The position numbers were made by a program, and so were the translations under genes. From Acidobacteriota bacterium (GTDB lineage: Bacteria > Acidobacteriota > UBA890 > WLXD01): 64,000 bases of DNA. A model generated the notes under the pieces. That model did not search any database. It saw only the letters and a program-made list of their open reading frames with translations, and had not been told where the DNA came from. This document shows, one piece after another, positions 30,273 to 39,160 of the stretch (positions are counted from its first letter, which is position 1; every line of letters begins with the position of its first letter). The stretch is from NCBI GenBank assembly GCA_963666055.2, contig CAXWPH010000015.1, positions 1,632,001 through 1,696,000 of the forward strand. The letters are read 5' to 3'.

Positions 30273-33200
30273 CTAGCGCTCGGCCTTGAGTGCCGGCAGG
30301 AGCGGTACGCGCAACGCTCCAATTACCGCTACCAAACTTGCCAGCATGCCGACCACGAGCACGGCGGCAAGCGTTGGCAACAGGGCGCCCCACGGCAGCT
30401 CGACGGCAGCCAGGGCAAACCTCGGGGCAATTGCCAGCAACGCCGATGCACTGCCGATCAGCGTGCCGATGGCGAGGAGAAAGGCGTTCTCGGCAAGCAC
30501 CATGCGAGCCAGAAAGGCGCGCCGAAATCCGAAGGCGCGCAGAGTGGCGAGCTCGCCGCGCCGCTCGATCACGTTGCGTACCAAGACAACTCCGAGGCCG
30601 ATCGTACCGAGGAGCAACCCCAGTCCCCCGAGTGCCTGGAATGTCGACAGGTAGGTGTTCTGCACGACGAGGAAGCCGGCGATCCGGTCGGCCGTCCGCG
30701 TGGCGTCGAAGCCGAACCGTTCGAGACGGTCTTCCAGCGAGGCCGCAACCTCGACGTCACGCCCCGCGGGCGCGTCGATGAGGAAGTACGAGAAGCCACT
30801 TCGGCCGGGAAAATAACGCAGTAGGTTGGCTTCCGAAATCAGCAACTCGCTCTGGAAGATGCTGTCCTGAACAGTGCCTACCAACCGCAGCCTGAGCTCC
30901 TCGCCGCGCTCACCCTCGATGATCAGCTCGCCATCGACCGGCAATTTGAGAATCCACTGCATTGAGTTGGCGTCGCCGATAGCTGGAATCACCCCCGGAC
31001 CCAGGTCAGCGCGGAGCAGCTCCCAGGGGTTGGGGCTCGCTTCCAGCTCAGCGCTCAGCGCGGCGAACCGAAAGCCGCCCTGATCGATTAGCTCGTCCGT
31101 TGCCCCGAGCAACCGCGGCCGGCGCGGCTGATACAGGTTCAGGCAGCTGGCGTCGTCCCCTGGAACCAGCCGAAGCTGGGTGATCCGCACATCTTTCAGC
31201 CGCGCCTCGGCAGTTGCGTCAAAGCCCAGATCAAAGCGTCCGGCGACGTCGTTGAGGTTCTGATGTATTGGTACGTCGGCCATTGCTATGAGGTCGTAGC
31301 CGCCTGCGCCCTCCTCGATGACATGTGCTTCGCGGGCCGGGTCGCGGGTGTTGCCGGCCACCGTGACGATGACGAAGCACGCCGACGCTACCAGCGCCAC
31401 GCTGAGGATGCTGCGGTTCGGGCTCCACGAGCTGTTTCGAATCGCCATGCTGATCGCCGCGAAGCTGGAGCTCCTGACGCGCCCGCGCGCCCGCCGACAC
31501 CAAGTTGCGAAGGCCGCCAATCCGGCGGTCAGCAGTAGCGCGCCAATTCCGAAAGCGATTCCCGGGTTAGACGCTTGATCGCCGGCGAGCGCGTACGCCA
31601 GCAGACCGATCGCAGCGGCGAAGCACAGCGGGGCCAGCCAACCACGGCGCCGGCGCTGGCCAACGGTGGCGGCAGGCATCCTGGTCACACCGGCCAGCAA
31701 TCGGGTTGGTGGCAATCGACGCAAGCGCCGCACGGTGATCCATATCGAGCCGACCACCGCGAAGGAAGAGATGGCAAACCCGATGACCAGCGTGGCCGGC
31801 AACACGTGCAGATACAGTAGCGGCGAGCCCACCGCCGCCAACCAGATCGTCCGCAAACCCCAGAGCATGAGCTTTCCGTACAACACCGCGGCGACCAATC
31901 CGGCGACGCCGCCCAACGCTGCGATCGCCGCTCCCTCAGCCAGGAACTTTTGCCGTACCTGTCTCAGTGGGTAGCCGACTGCTAGCAGCAATCCGATTTC
32001 CTTGCCGCGCTGTTCGATGCCGAGGGTGAACAGCAGGCTGACGATCATCAATGCCGACAAGATGAGAAAGAAGCTGAAGGCGAGAAACAGCTGGCCGAAG
32101 TCGGTCGCCCCTGCCGCCGCTTCGAGTCCCTGGCTCTTGATGTCGACAAAGCGGAACCCATAGTCCTGCGGCTCGAGCCGCTCGAGCAGGATCGAGCCGA
32201 GCTCGAAGCTGAACGTAGCCGGGTCGACGCCCGCGGGGACCGCCACCCGAACCGCCGTGGTGGCCCCGTATCGCGTGCTCCACAGCCGTCGGCCAGTATC
32301 TGCCGCGACGAAGGACTTCGGGGTGCCACGGTAAGCATCCCAGTACTCCTCGTCGACATCGCGGATGACGCTCAAATCGACCGGGAACGGAGGTTCCCAG
32401 TCGGCAATATTGTCGATGCCCTCGATGCCCGGATACTCGGGCGTGAGATCAGCGTCCACCGCCAGGCCGCGCATCGCAACGGTTCCAGCCATTCGGAAGC
32501 GGGTCTCCTCGGTGCGCAACTGCTCGTCGAGCCCGACGACGTAGTAGCTCATACGCAGCTCGTCGCCCGTCGACGCACCGAGCTCGGTTGCGGTCCACTC
32601 GTTGAGCAGAATCTCGTCCGCTCCGAGTGCCGGAGCCGGCGTTCCGTCGAGCAGGTTCAATCGCCCGAACGGCATCGAGTCGTCCAAGACGTCCAAGGCC
32701 AGCACCATCGAATAGGGTACCTGGCGATCCGCGATCCGCAGGCTGTTCGACATGTAGACCTGCAGACGCTGGGTCGGTGCTCGGAGGTCGCGCGCCGCGG
32801 CCTCGATGGTCTCTACCAGCCCCGGTCGAAGGACGAACTCCTCGCTCTCGATCTCGATGAGCGTAGTGTTCGCCGGGCCCTCGATCGCGCTTAGCCCGAG
32901 CCCGATGTCGGCGAGGCTCAGCGAGGTGACCAGCAAGGGCTGAGGATCGGCATCACTGTCGCCGCGGCGGTCTAGCAACAGGGAATTGACGCGCCCCGGT
33001 TGCTCGACAGCAGCCTGTAGATCGTTGAGCGACAAGAAGGCATTCAGCGGCGAGGCCTGGTGCGGGTTGAGGTCGAAGCGGCCGATTCCACGATCCGGCA
33101 CGACCTCGACCAGGCTCGTGCGTATCGTGCCGACTACGTCCTCCGCCTCACGGCTACCCAGCAACGTATCGCGAGGCACCTCGCTGCCGAGCCGGAAGCG

Positions 33201-33710
33201 CACCAATAGCTGGTCGCCGAGCACGGCGCCGAGCTCGCGCTGCAGTGACGCGTTTATCACGATGGACGGGAACAATTGGCCGCTGCTGCGAGCGAAGCTC
33301 ATCGCTGGTTGGCGGTCACTGGCCTGGCTTTGGAATACCGCGGAGGTCGTCGGTTCGTCGAACAGCTCGATGAATGCGTCGTCGATGCCGAACACATTGA
33401 CCTGCGACGCGCGTGCACGGGTGTCGGCATGGACGGCGTTGCCGCGTAGCAGGATGGCGCCCGCAACCCGCTCGAACCCGGCGGTGAAGTCGGGGAGCGC
33501 CGCTAGCTCATCGACGAGATCGGCGCGGAAGAAGCGCTCGGCGACCAGCGATGTGTCGATGTGGCCCAGTCGGTCGAGGGTGAGGTCGCGGAGGCTGGCG
33601 CGCACGGAGTCCCCCACCAGCAGGGCTCCAGTCAGCACCGCTGCGCACACCGCTACGGCTAGCGTGACGGCAAGGTTGACGCGCCAATGGTGGGTCAGAC
33701 TTCGAAGCAT
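30273..33710 (-). CDS. Large duplicated FtsX/MacB-type ABC permease (1145 aa)
   Basis: Two permease modules (EQRGKEIGLLLAVG; ERRGELATLRAFG) with large periplasmic loops. Confidence 0.9.
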   Translation of the reverse strand: MLRSLTHHWRVNLAVTLAVAVCAAVLTGALLVGDSVRASLRDLTLDRLGHIDTSLVAERFFRADLVDELAALPDFTAGFERVAGAILLRGNAVHADTRARASQVNVFGIDDAFIELFDEPTTSAVFQSQASDRQPAMSFARSSGQLFPSIVINASLQRELGAVLGDQLLVRFRLGSEVPRDTLLGSREAEDVVGTIRTSLVEVVPDRGIGRFDLNPHQASPLNAFLSLNDLQAAVEQPGRVNSLLLDRRGDSDADPQPLLVTSLSLADIGLGLSAIEGPANTTLIEIESEEFVLRPGLVETIEAAARDLRAPTQRLQVYMSNSLRIADRQVPYSMVLALDVLDDSMPFGRLNLLDGTPAPALGADEILLNEWTATELGASTGDELRMSYYVVGLDEQLRTEETRFRMAGTVAMRGLAVDADLTPEYPGIEGIDNIADWEPPFPVDLSVIRDVDEEYWDAYRGTPKSFVAADTGRRLWSTRYGATTAVRVAVPAGVDPATFSFELGSILLERLEPQDYGFRFVDIKSQGLEAAAGATDFGQLFLAFSFFLILSALMIVSLLFTLGIEQRGKEIGLLLAVGYPLRQVRQKFLAEGAAIAALGGVAGLVAAVLYGKLMLWGLRTIWLAAVGSPLLYLHVLPATLVIGFAISSFAVVGSIWITVRRLRRLPPTRLLAGVTRMPAATVGQRRRRGWLAPLCFAAAIGLLAYALAGDQASNPGIAFGIGALLLTAGLAAFATWCRRARGRVRSSSFAAISMAIRNSSWSPNRSILSVALVASACFVIVTVAGNTRDPAREAHVIEEGAGGYDLIAMADVPIHQNLNDVAGRFDLGFDATAEARLKDVRITQLRLVPGDDASCLNLYQPRRPRLLGATDELIDQGGFRFAALSAELEASPNPWELLRADLGPGVIPAIGDANSMQWILKLPVDGELIIEGERGEELRLRLVGTVQDSIFQSELLISEANLLRYFPGRSGFSYFLIDAPAGRDVEVAASLEDRLERFGFDATRTADRIAGFLVVQNTYLSTFQALGGLGLLLGTIGLGVVLVRNVIERRGELATLRAFGFRRAFLARMVLAENAFLLAIGTLIGSASALLAIAPRFALAAVELPWGALLPTLAAVLVVGMLASLVAVIGALRVPLLPALKAER

Positions 33711-34363
33711 CGACCCTCCCGCAACTCTAGTCGACGCCCGAAGCGCTGTGCCAGATCCGAGTTATGCGTGACCACGACCAGAACGTTGGACTCCTGGCCG
33801 TGCAGTTCGAGCAACAGTTCCGCCACGGCGTTGGCGGCTCGATGATCAAGGTTACCGGTGGGCTCGTCGCACAGCAGCACAGCCGGCCGATTGATCAAGG
33901 CTCGGGCGATCGCCACCCGCTGGCGCTCGCCGCCCGACAGCTGTGCCGGCCGGTGATCGAGTCGGTGCCCCAACCCGACGCGCTCCAGCAGTTGCCGGGC
34001 GCGTTCCTCACCTGCGGCATTGCCGGCGAACGCCAGCGTAGGGACGATTGTGTTCTCGAGCACGCTGTACTGCGGCAGCAGGTGATGATCCTGAAACACG
34101 AAGCCGATCGACTCGTTGCGGAAGCGAGCCATATCGGGCTCGCTCAGAGCGAACGGGTTGCGGCCGCCGATTTTCACGTCGCCAGCGGTCGGCGGCTCGA
34201 GCGTGCCTATGATGTGCAGCACGGTGCTCTTGCCTGAGCCGGACGGGCCCATGATCGCCACCGAGTCTCCCGCAGCGACGTCGAACGAGACTCCGTCGAG
34301 CACCGGTACGGTGGTGTCACCGATCTCGAATTGCTTGACGACGTTGGTGACCTGCAGGTCCAA
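33695..34363 (-). CDS. ABC ATPase, LolD-type
   Basis: [24 protein letters not shown]. Confidence 0.95.
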   Translation of the reverse strand: MDLQVTNVVKQFEIGDTTVPVLDGVSFDVAAGDSVAIMGPSGSGKSTVLHIIGTLEPPTAGDVKIGGRNPFALSEPDMARFRNESIGFVFQDHHLLPQYSVLENTIVPTLAFAGNAAGEERARQLLERVGLGHRLDHRPAQLSGGERQRVAIARALINRPAVLLCDEPTGNLDHRAANAVAELLLELHGQESNVLVVVTHNSDLAQRFGRRLELREGRCFEV

Positions 34364-34390
34364 GCGACTCCTCCCAATGTGCCTGCCGGG

Positions 34391-34810
34391 TTACTCGACG
34401 CTCCCCGCTTCCTGGATCTGATCGGCGATGAAGGCAGGGATCTCTATGGCCCGCGGACCCGACATCTCCATGGAACAGCACACAGAGGTCATCGAGCCGG
34501 TGCCAACAAGACGCTCGCCGACGTGGATTGAAAACCCGTACGTCAGCGCCTTGCTTCCCTTGCGCAACACGCGGAGGTGAATGTCGACCACATCGTTGAA
34601 ACGTGCTGGCGAGTTGAACTGTGCTTCGACCGCTACCCGCGGCCATCCAAGCTGCATGCCGTCGTGGTGCATGTGCACGCTCGCACCGAGTGCGTCGATG
34701 AAGGCGTGCTCGGCATTCTCCATGAACACGATCAACCGAGAGAAGTGCACGATCCCGGCCATGTCGGTATCGGAGAACTCTACTTTCCGCTGAATCGTCA
34801 GTTCGTGCAT
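34391..34810 (-). CDS. Hotdog-fold acyl-CoA thioesterase (4HBT/YbgC-like)
   Basis: VEFSDTDMAGIVHF motif. Confidence 0.88.
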   Translation of the reverse strand: MHELTIQRKVEFSDTDMAGIVHFSRLIVFMENAEHAFIDALGASVHMHHDGMQLGWPRVAVEAQFNSPARFNDVVDIHLRVLRKGSKALTYGFSIHVGERLVGTGSMTSVCCSMEMSGPRAIEIPAFIADQIQEAGSVE

Positions 34811-36096
34811 ACCCATCGCTCATACTCGCGCACCGTCGCCGCTGCCATGACCTCGTCAGAGAAATCACGGTGAACCGCTTGGCGGCCGATGCGGCCGAGC
34901 TCACGGCCTCGTTCAGGATCGCGCATCAGCGCCTCGAGCGCATCTACCACCGCATCATCTGCCTCTGGATCCACCAGCACCCCTCCGCCAGTCCACTCGA
35001 TCAACTCCGGAAAGCCGCCATGCGCGGGTACCACCACCGGCACGGCACTGGCCATCGCCTCCAGCGCCGGCAGCCCCTTCGATTCTCGGTAGACCGTCGG
35101 CAGGCAAAAGACGTCGATCGAGCTGAGGAATCGCATCTTGCCGTGGCGATCGACTTCGCCGACCCAGTCGACGTGGTCCGACAGGCCCCAGTCCGCCACC
35201 TGGCGTTGCTGCTCGTCGACATAGGCCGCGTCGCGTTTGCTCGTGTATCCGGCGATGCGCAAGCGGAGTCGGTCTTTTCCGACCCGCCGAGTCAACTCGT
35301 TGAAGGCTGCGACCAGGCGATGCACTCCTTTTTCCGGACAGAGCCTGGCGAGGAACCCGATCGTGTACGGCTCGTCTGCAGACCGCGCCCGTGTCTGATG
35401 CCCGGACAGCGTGATCCCGAGGGGCACCACGCGAATCTTCTCGGCCGACGTTGCCAGGTAGCCGCGCACATGCTCGGCGTAGTAGCGGTTCGGCGCTACG
35501 AAGCCGTCGACATCGATGGTGTGGGCGCGTAGCTCCGCTACGAAACGCGTTCTGTAGGGCTCCACGATCTCATCGATGAAGATGTCCTCTCCTTGTACAC
35601 CGCAAAGCACCGGCACGCGGAGCTCGCGTTTGAGGGTTCGCGCCAGGCCCAACAGCAAGGCGTTGGTGATGTGCACGATCTGCGGTTTGAAGTCGTCGCG
35701 CAGCCACGCGACGAGGCTTTCGAGCTCGCGACGCTGACGGCCATCCTCGCCTCGCAGCACCGACAAGGCCAGGGCACCCAGCTCCGCGCCCTGCGTGGCG
35801 CTCGAGCCCGCCAACCGCAAGACGTTTCTGAGAAGAGCCGGCCGGTCGAGCAACCAGTGCAGGATGCCGGGGCGGCGTCGGAAGAGCTTCCAGTGCTGCT
35901 CCAGGTAGACGTTGACGGCGCCATAGAAGACGCGGTCGATGCTGACGTTGTCCTCGTCGGTGCGGATCGGCGTGTACATGGGAATTAACGCCACGTCGTG
36001 TCCGCCCTTCTGCAGTGCGGCCGCCAGCGTGTTGTCGTGCAGACAGCTACCGCAGTACATCCCCGCCGCGCCGGCCGTGATGTAGGCGATGCGCAT
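34798..36096 (-). CDS. Glycosyltransferase family 4 with N-terminal CGSC motif
   Basis: ARLCPEKG and ESKGLPALEAMAS GT-B signature. Confidence 0.88.
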   Translation of the reverse strand: MRIAYITAGAAGMYCGSCLHDNTLAAALQKGGHDVALIPMYTPIRTDEDNVSIDRVFYGAVNVYLEQHWKLFRRRPGILHWLLDRPALLRNVLRLAGSSATQGAELGALALSVLRGEDGRQRRELESLVAWLRDDFKPQIVHITNALLLGLARTLKRELRVPVLCGVQGEDIFIDEIVEPYRTRFVAELRAHTIDVDGFVAPNRYYAEHVRGYLATSAEKIRVVPLGITLSGHQTRARSADEPYTIGFLARLCPEKGVHRLVAAFNELTRRVGKDRLRLRIAGYTSKRDAAYVDEQQRQVADWGLSDHVDWVGEVDRHGKMRFLSSIDVFCLPTVYRESKGLPALEAMASAVPVVVPAHGGFPELIEWTGGGVLVDPEADDAVVDALEALMRDPERGRELGRIGRQAVHRDFSDEVMAAATVREYERWVCTN

Positions 36097-36106
36097 GCGG
36101 CGTCGC

Positions 36107-37576
36107 CTAGCCGGCTGGCGGAACGATGAAGCGGTTGACGTGCTCGTCGTCGGGCGGGTGGGTCAGCAGCGACACGACAATCATCGCCACGCTCGACGCT
36201 GCCAAGATGACCGCCACAGCCATGACGCCGCTTCCACCGACCGTGTACGTCCGATCGCCCCATCCCTGGTAGAAGAAGTAGCTCCATAGAACGACCACCG
36301 TGCCGACGCACGCCGTCGCACCCTGCTTGGTGCTGCGTCGCCAGAACAGCCCGCCGATGGCGATCGGTATCAGCGCAGCGAAGCCGGTGAACGACCAGGT
36401 AGCCAGATCGAAGATGCTTCGATCGGAGAACAAGAACAGCGTGTAGGTGAACGCCAGGATCGCCACGACGAACAGCCTTCCTGAGAGGATTTGTTGGCGG
36501 TCGGTGAGGCGGTCGGCGTGACCGTAATGGCGGACGATGTCCTCGGTAAACATCGTCCCCAGCGATAACACCTGCGAGTCGAGCGACGACATCACGGCCG
36601 CGAACACGCCAGCGCCGAGCAGTCCGGCGAGGACCCCGGGTGCGTGCAACGTGATCATCTGCACGAGGATGGAGTTCGATTGCCCACCGACGAGGCCGGG
36701 AAAGTCGAGCCTGCCGGCGATTCCTAGCAACACCGGCGGCAGCCAGACGGCGGCGATGCACAGCGGATACACCATCACCGTCAGCCGGAAGTTCTCCAAC
36801 CGCCTGGCGCTCAGCCAGTGCATGAACATGTGCGGGAACATTGCTGGCGAGAGCGGGATCAGCGAGTAGGTGAGCCATCGTACCGGGGAGAAGTTGCCTT
36901 CCCGTACCAGCAACTCCGGCGCCTCTGCCGCGATTCTGCTCATCACCACGCCGACGCCACCCATGTTACGAAATACGACGAAGACGGTAACCGCTCCGAG
37001 GACCATGAAGACGATGGTCTGGAAGGTATTCACCCAGGCGGTGCCGCGCAGACCCCCGTAGGTCACGTATGTCAGGACGACCAGACAGATCACCAGGCCG
37101 CCGATCCACTCGGGGACGTCTCCCCCGGTAACCTGGTTGAGCGTGATCCCGCCGGCCATGACGCCGATGAGAAGGTATGGGATCACCAGGCCAACCAGCA
37201 CCACGAACAGCAACAGGCCGAGAGAATCTGACTCCCAACGGTCGCGGAAGAACTGCACCTGGGTAACGTAACCATGGCGTTTGCCGATCGCCCAAGCGCG
37301 CGTGCCGACGAAGAAGAAGATCGCTGGGATCACCAGGCCAGAGATCGCCGGCATGAAGCCGAATACGCCGATTCCGGCGTGATAGGCCTCGCCTGAGGCG
37401 CCCAGCAGAGCGAACGCCGTCATGTTGGTGCCGAACAGCGACATCAACAGAAGGAAGGGCCCGATGCTACGGGTGGCGAGGAAATAATCTTCGCCGGTCC
37501 CCTGGAACAGACGGTGGCTGAAAGCTCCGATCGACAGCACTGCCGCCATGTAAACGGCGATGATCGCCAGCGTCAC
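36107..37576 (-). CDS. Sodium:solute symporter (SSS)
   Basis: EDYFLATR, YGGLRGTAW, AAVMSSLDSQ; about 13 TM segments. Confidence 0.92.
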   Translation of the reverse strand: MTLAIIAVYMAAVLSIGAFSHRLFQGTGEDYFLATRSIGPFLLLMSLFGTNMTAFALLGASGEAYHAGIGVFGFMPAISGLVIPAIFFFVGTRAWAIGKRHGYVTQVQFFRDRWESDSLGLLLFVVLVGLVIPYLLIGVMAGGITLNQVTGGDVPEWIGGLVICLVVLTYVTYGGLRGTAWVNTFQTIVFMVLGAVTVFVVFRNMGGVGVVMSRIAAEAPELLVREGNFSPVRWLTYSLIPLSPAMFPHMFMHWLSARRLENFRLTVMVYPLCIAAVWLPPVLLGIAGRLDFPGLVGGQSNSILVQMITLHAPGVLAGLLGAGVFAAVMSSLDSQVLSLGTMFTEDIVRHYGHADRLTDRQQILSGRLFVVAILAFTYTLFLFSDRSIFDLATWSFTGFAALIPIAIGGLFWRRSTKQGATACVGTVVVLWSYFFYQGWGDRTYTVGGSGVMAVAVILAASSVAMIVVSLLTHPPDDEHVNRFIVPPAG

Positions 37577-37794
37577 TGGTGGTCTCCGGAATCATCGATT
37601 TCAAGGTGGTGCGGCCATGCCTGGGTGACGAGTACGTACATCACCACCGCCGTCGCCCCCATGTACGCGAGGTGGTACAGCAGACCCATGGGCAGCCCGA
37701 AGCGCAGTCGCGCGTCGTTCCAGAGCCACCAGTCGTTGTGCAGCACATAGAGCAGCGCCAACAAGCCGTAGAGTTTCAGCCGGCTGCCACTCAT
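37573..37794 (-). CDS. Small two-TM SSS partner protein (DUF3311-like)
   Basis: LHNDWWLW..FGLPMGLLYH; overlaps the symporter start. Confidence 0.75.
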   Translation of the reverse strand: MSGSRLKLYGLLALLYVLHNDWWLWNDARLRFGLPMGLLYHLAYMGATAVVMYVLVTQAWPHHLEIDDSGDHQ

Positions 37795-37852
37795 GCGCAC
37801 CTCATCGGACGGTTCCTCAATGGGATATGGGGCCTGTTGGCTCCGGGCTGCC

Positions 37853-37889
37853 CTAGCAGACCGTGGTGGAGGTGTTGTGGGCCTGCTAA
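37853..37889. mobile_element. Collapsed TIR type B element
   Basis: CTAGCAGACCGTGGTGGAGGTGTTGTGGGCCTGCTAA; overlaps the halogenase stop. Confidence 0.75.
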
Positions 37890-39160
37890 CGCTCGCTGGT
37901 AGTTTCCTGGAGTCTGAACGGCTCGTACGCCGGCAATGCGCAGAACTTCTCCATCGACTCTAGCAGTCGGCTGAGGTTTTTTCTGTAGACATTGCCGATC
38001 AACAGGTTCACCAGCTCGTCCTTGACGTCGGGGAACTGGCCCAGAAACTCCGCGAAGCTGAACTCGTTCGAATAGTAGGCGTAGACGAGCTTGCGCATCG
38101 CTTCGACGCCCTCGAGGAACTCGTTGCCGTGCCGCCCGAGCCGCTCGGCCGATAGCTCTGCATGCTCGAACGCGTCGAGGATCGAGTCGGCGGCGTATTC
38201 GGCGCCCTTGAGCGCCAGGAATACTCCCGACGAGTAGATCGGATCGATGAAGCCGAAAGCGTCGCCTACCATCACCCAGCCGTCGCCTGCGACGCGCTGG
38301 CTGGCGTATGAGAAGTCTCTGAGGACTCGGACCTCGTGTAGCTGCTTGGCCCCATCGATCCTCTCCAGCAGCGCCGGGCAACCGGCGGCCTCCTCGTCGT
38401 AAACGCGCTGCGGGTTCTTGGTGCGGCCCTTCACGAGGCGATCGATGGGTCCCACCACGCCAGCGCTGACCACTCCGTCCGGCAACGGGATGTACCAAAA
38501 CCAGGTTCTCGGCTGGCTCGTGTAAAAAATCAGCGTCGCTCCCTCGTCGACGCCCTCGCCGCGCCAGCCACCGCTATAGCGCGTATAGAAGGAGCAGTTC
38601 ATCAGGTTGGGATCCACTTGTCTGAGCTTCAGGCGCTTGGCGAGCATGGCCGACTGCCCGGTGGCGTCGACCACCACGCCGGCCTCGAGGCGATGCGTCG
38701 ACCCGTCGGCGAATCGTGCCTCGACACCGCGAGCGCGATCGCCGTCGAATAGCACCTCGGTGGCGCGGGCACGTTCGTGCACTTCCACGCCGTGCTCGCG
38801 GGCGTTGTTCAGCAACATCTGGTCGAAGGCACTGCGGTCGACTTGCCAGGTCTGGGCGCTCGGTCCCGGTTCGGTCTCGGAGAAATAGAACGGTACCGAA
38901 CCGTGACCGTTGGCGGAGAAGAACTGCACCGAGTGCTTGTGGGGGAAGCGGCTGCCCTTCATCTGCTCGAGCACGCCAAGGCGCTCGAGCGTCCAGTAGG
39001 TGGCCGGCATGAGCGACTCGCCGATGCGAAAGCGGGGGAACTGCTCGCGTTCGAGAAGTAGCACGCGGAGCCCGCCGTCCGCGGTCAACGTTGCCGTCGC
39101 CGACCCAGCCGGACCACCGCCCACGACGATGACGTCGTAGGCATCAGCCTCGGGAGACAT
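37886..39160 (-). CDS. Flavin-dependent halogenase-family oxidoreductase
   Basis: GGGPAG, FPRFRIGES, candidate catalytic Lys (FPHKH), WFWYIP (WxWxIP), GDAFGFIDPIYSSG. Confidence 0.85.
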   Translation of the reverse strand: MSPEADAYDVIVVGGGPAGSATATLTADGGLRVLLLEREQFPRFRIGESLMPATYWTLERLGVLEQMKGSRFPHKHSVQFFSANGHGSVPFYFSETEPGPSAQTWQVDRSAFDQMLLNNAREHGVEVHERARATEVLFDGDRARGVEARFADGSTHRLEAGVVVDATGQSAMLAKRLKLRQVDPNLMNCSFYTRYSGGWRGEGVDEGATLIFYTSQPRTWFWYIPLPDGVVSAGVVGPIDRLVKGRTKNPQRVYDEEAAGCPALLERIDGAKQLHEVRVLRDFSYASQRVAGDGWVMVGDAFGFIDPIYSSGVFLALKGAEYAADSILDAFEHAELSAERLGRHGNEFLEGVEAMRKLVYAYYSNEFSFAEFLGQFPDVKDELVNLLIGNVYRKNLSRLLESMEKFCALPAYEPFRLQETTSER

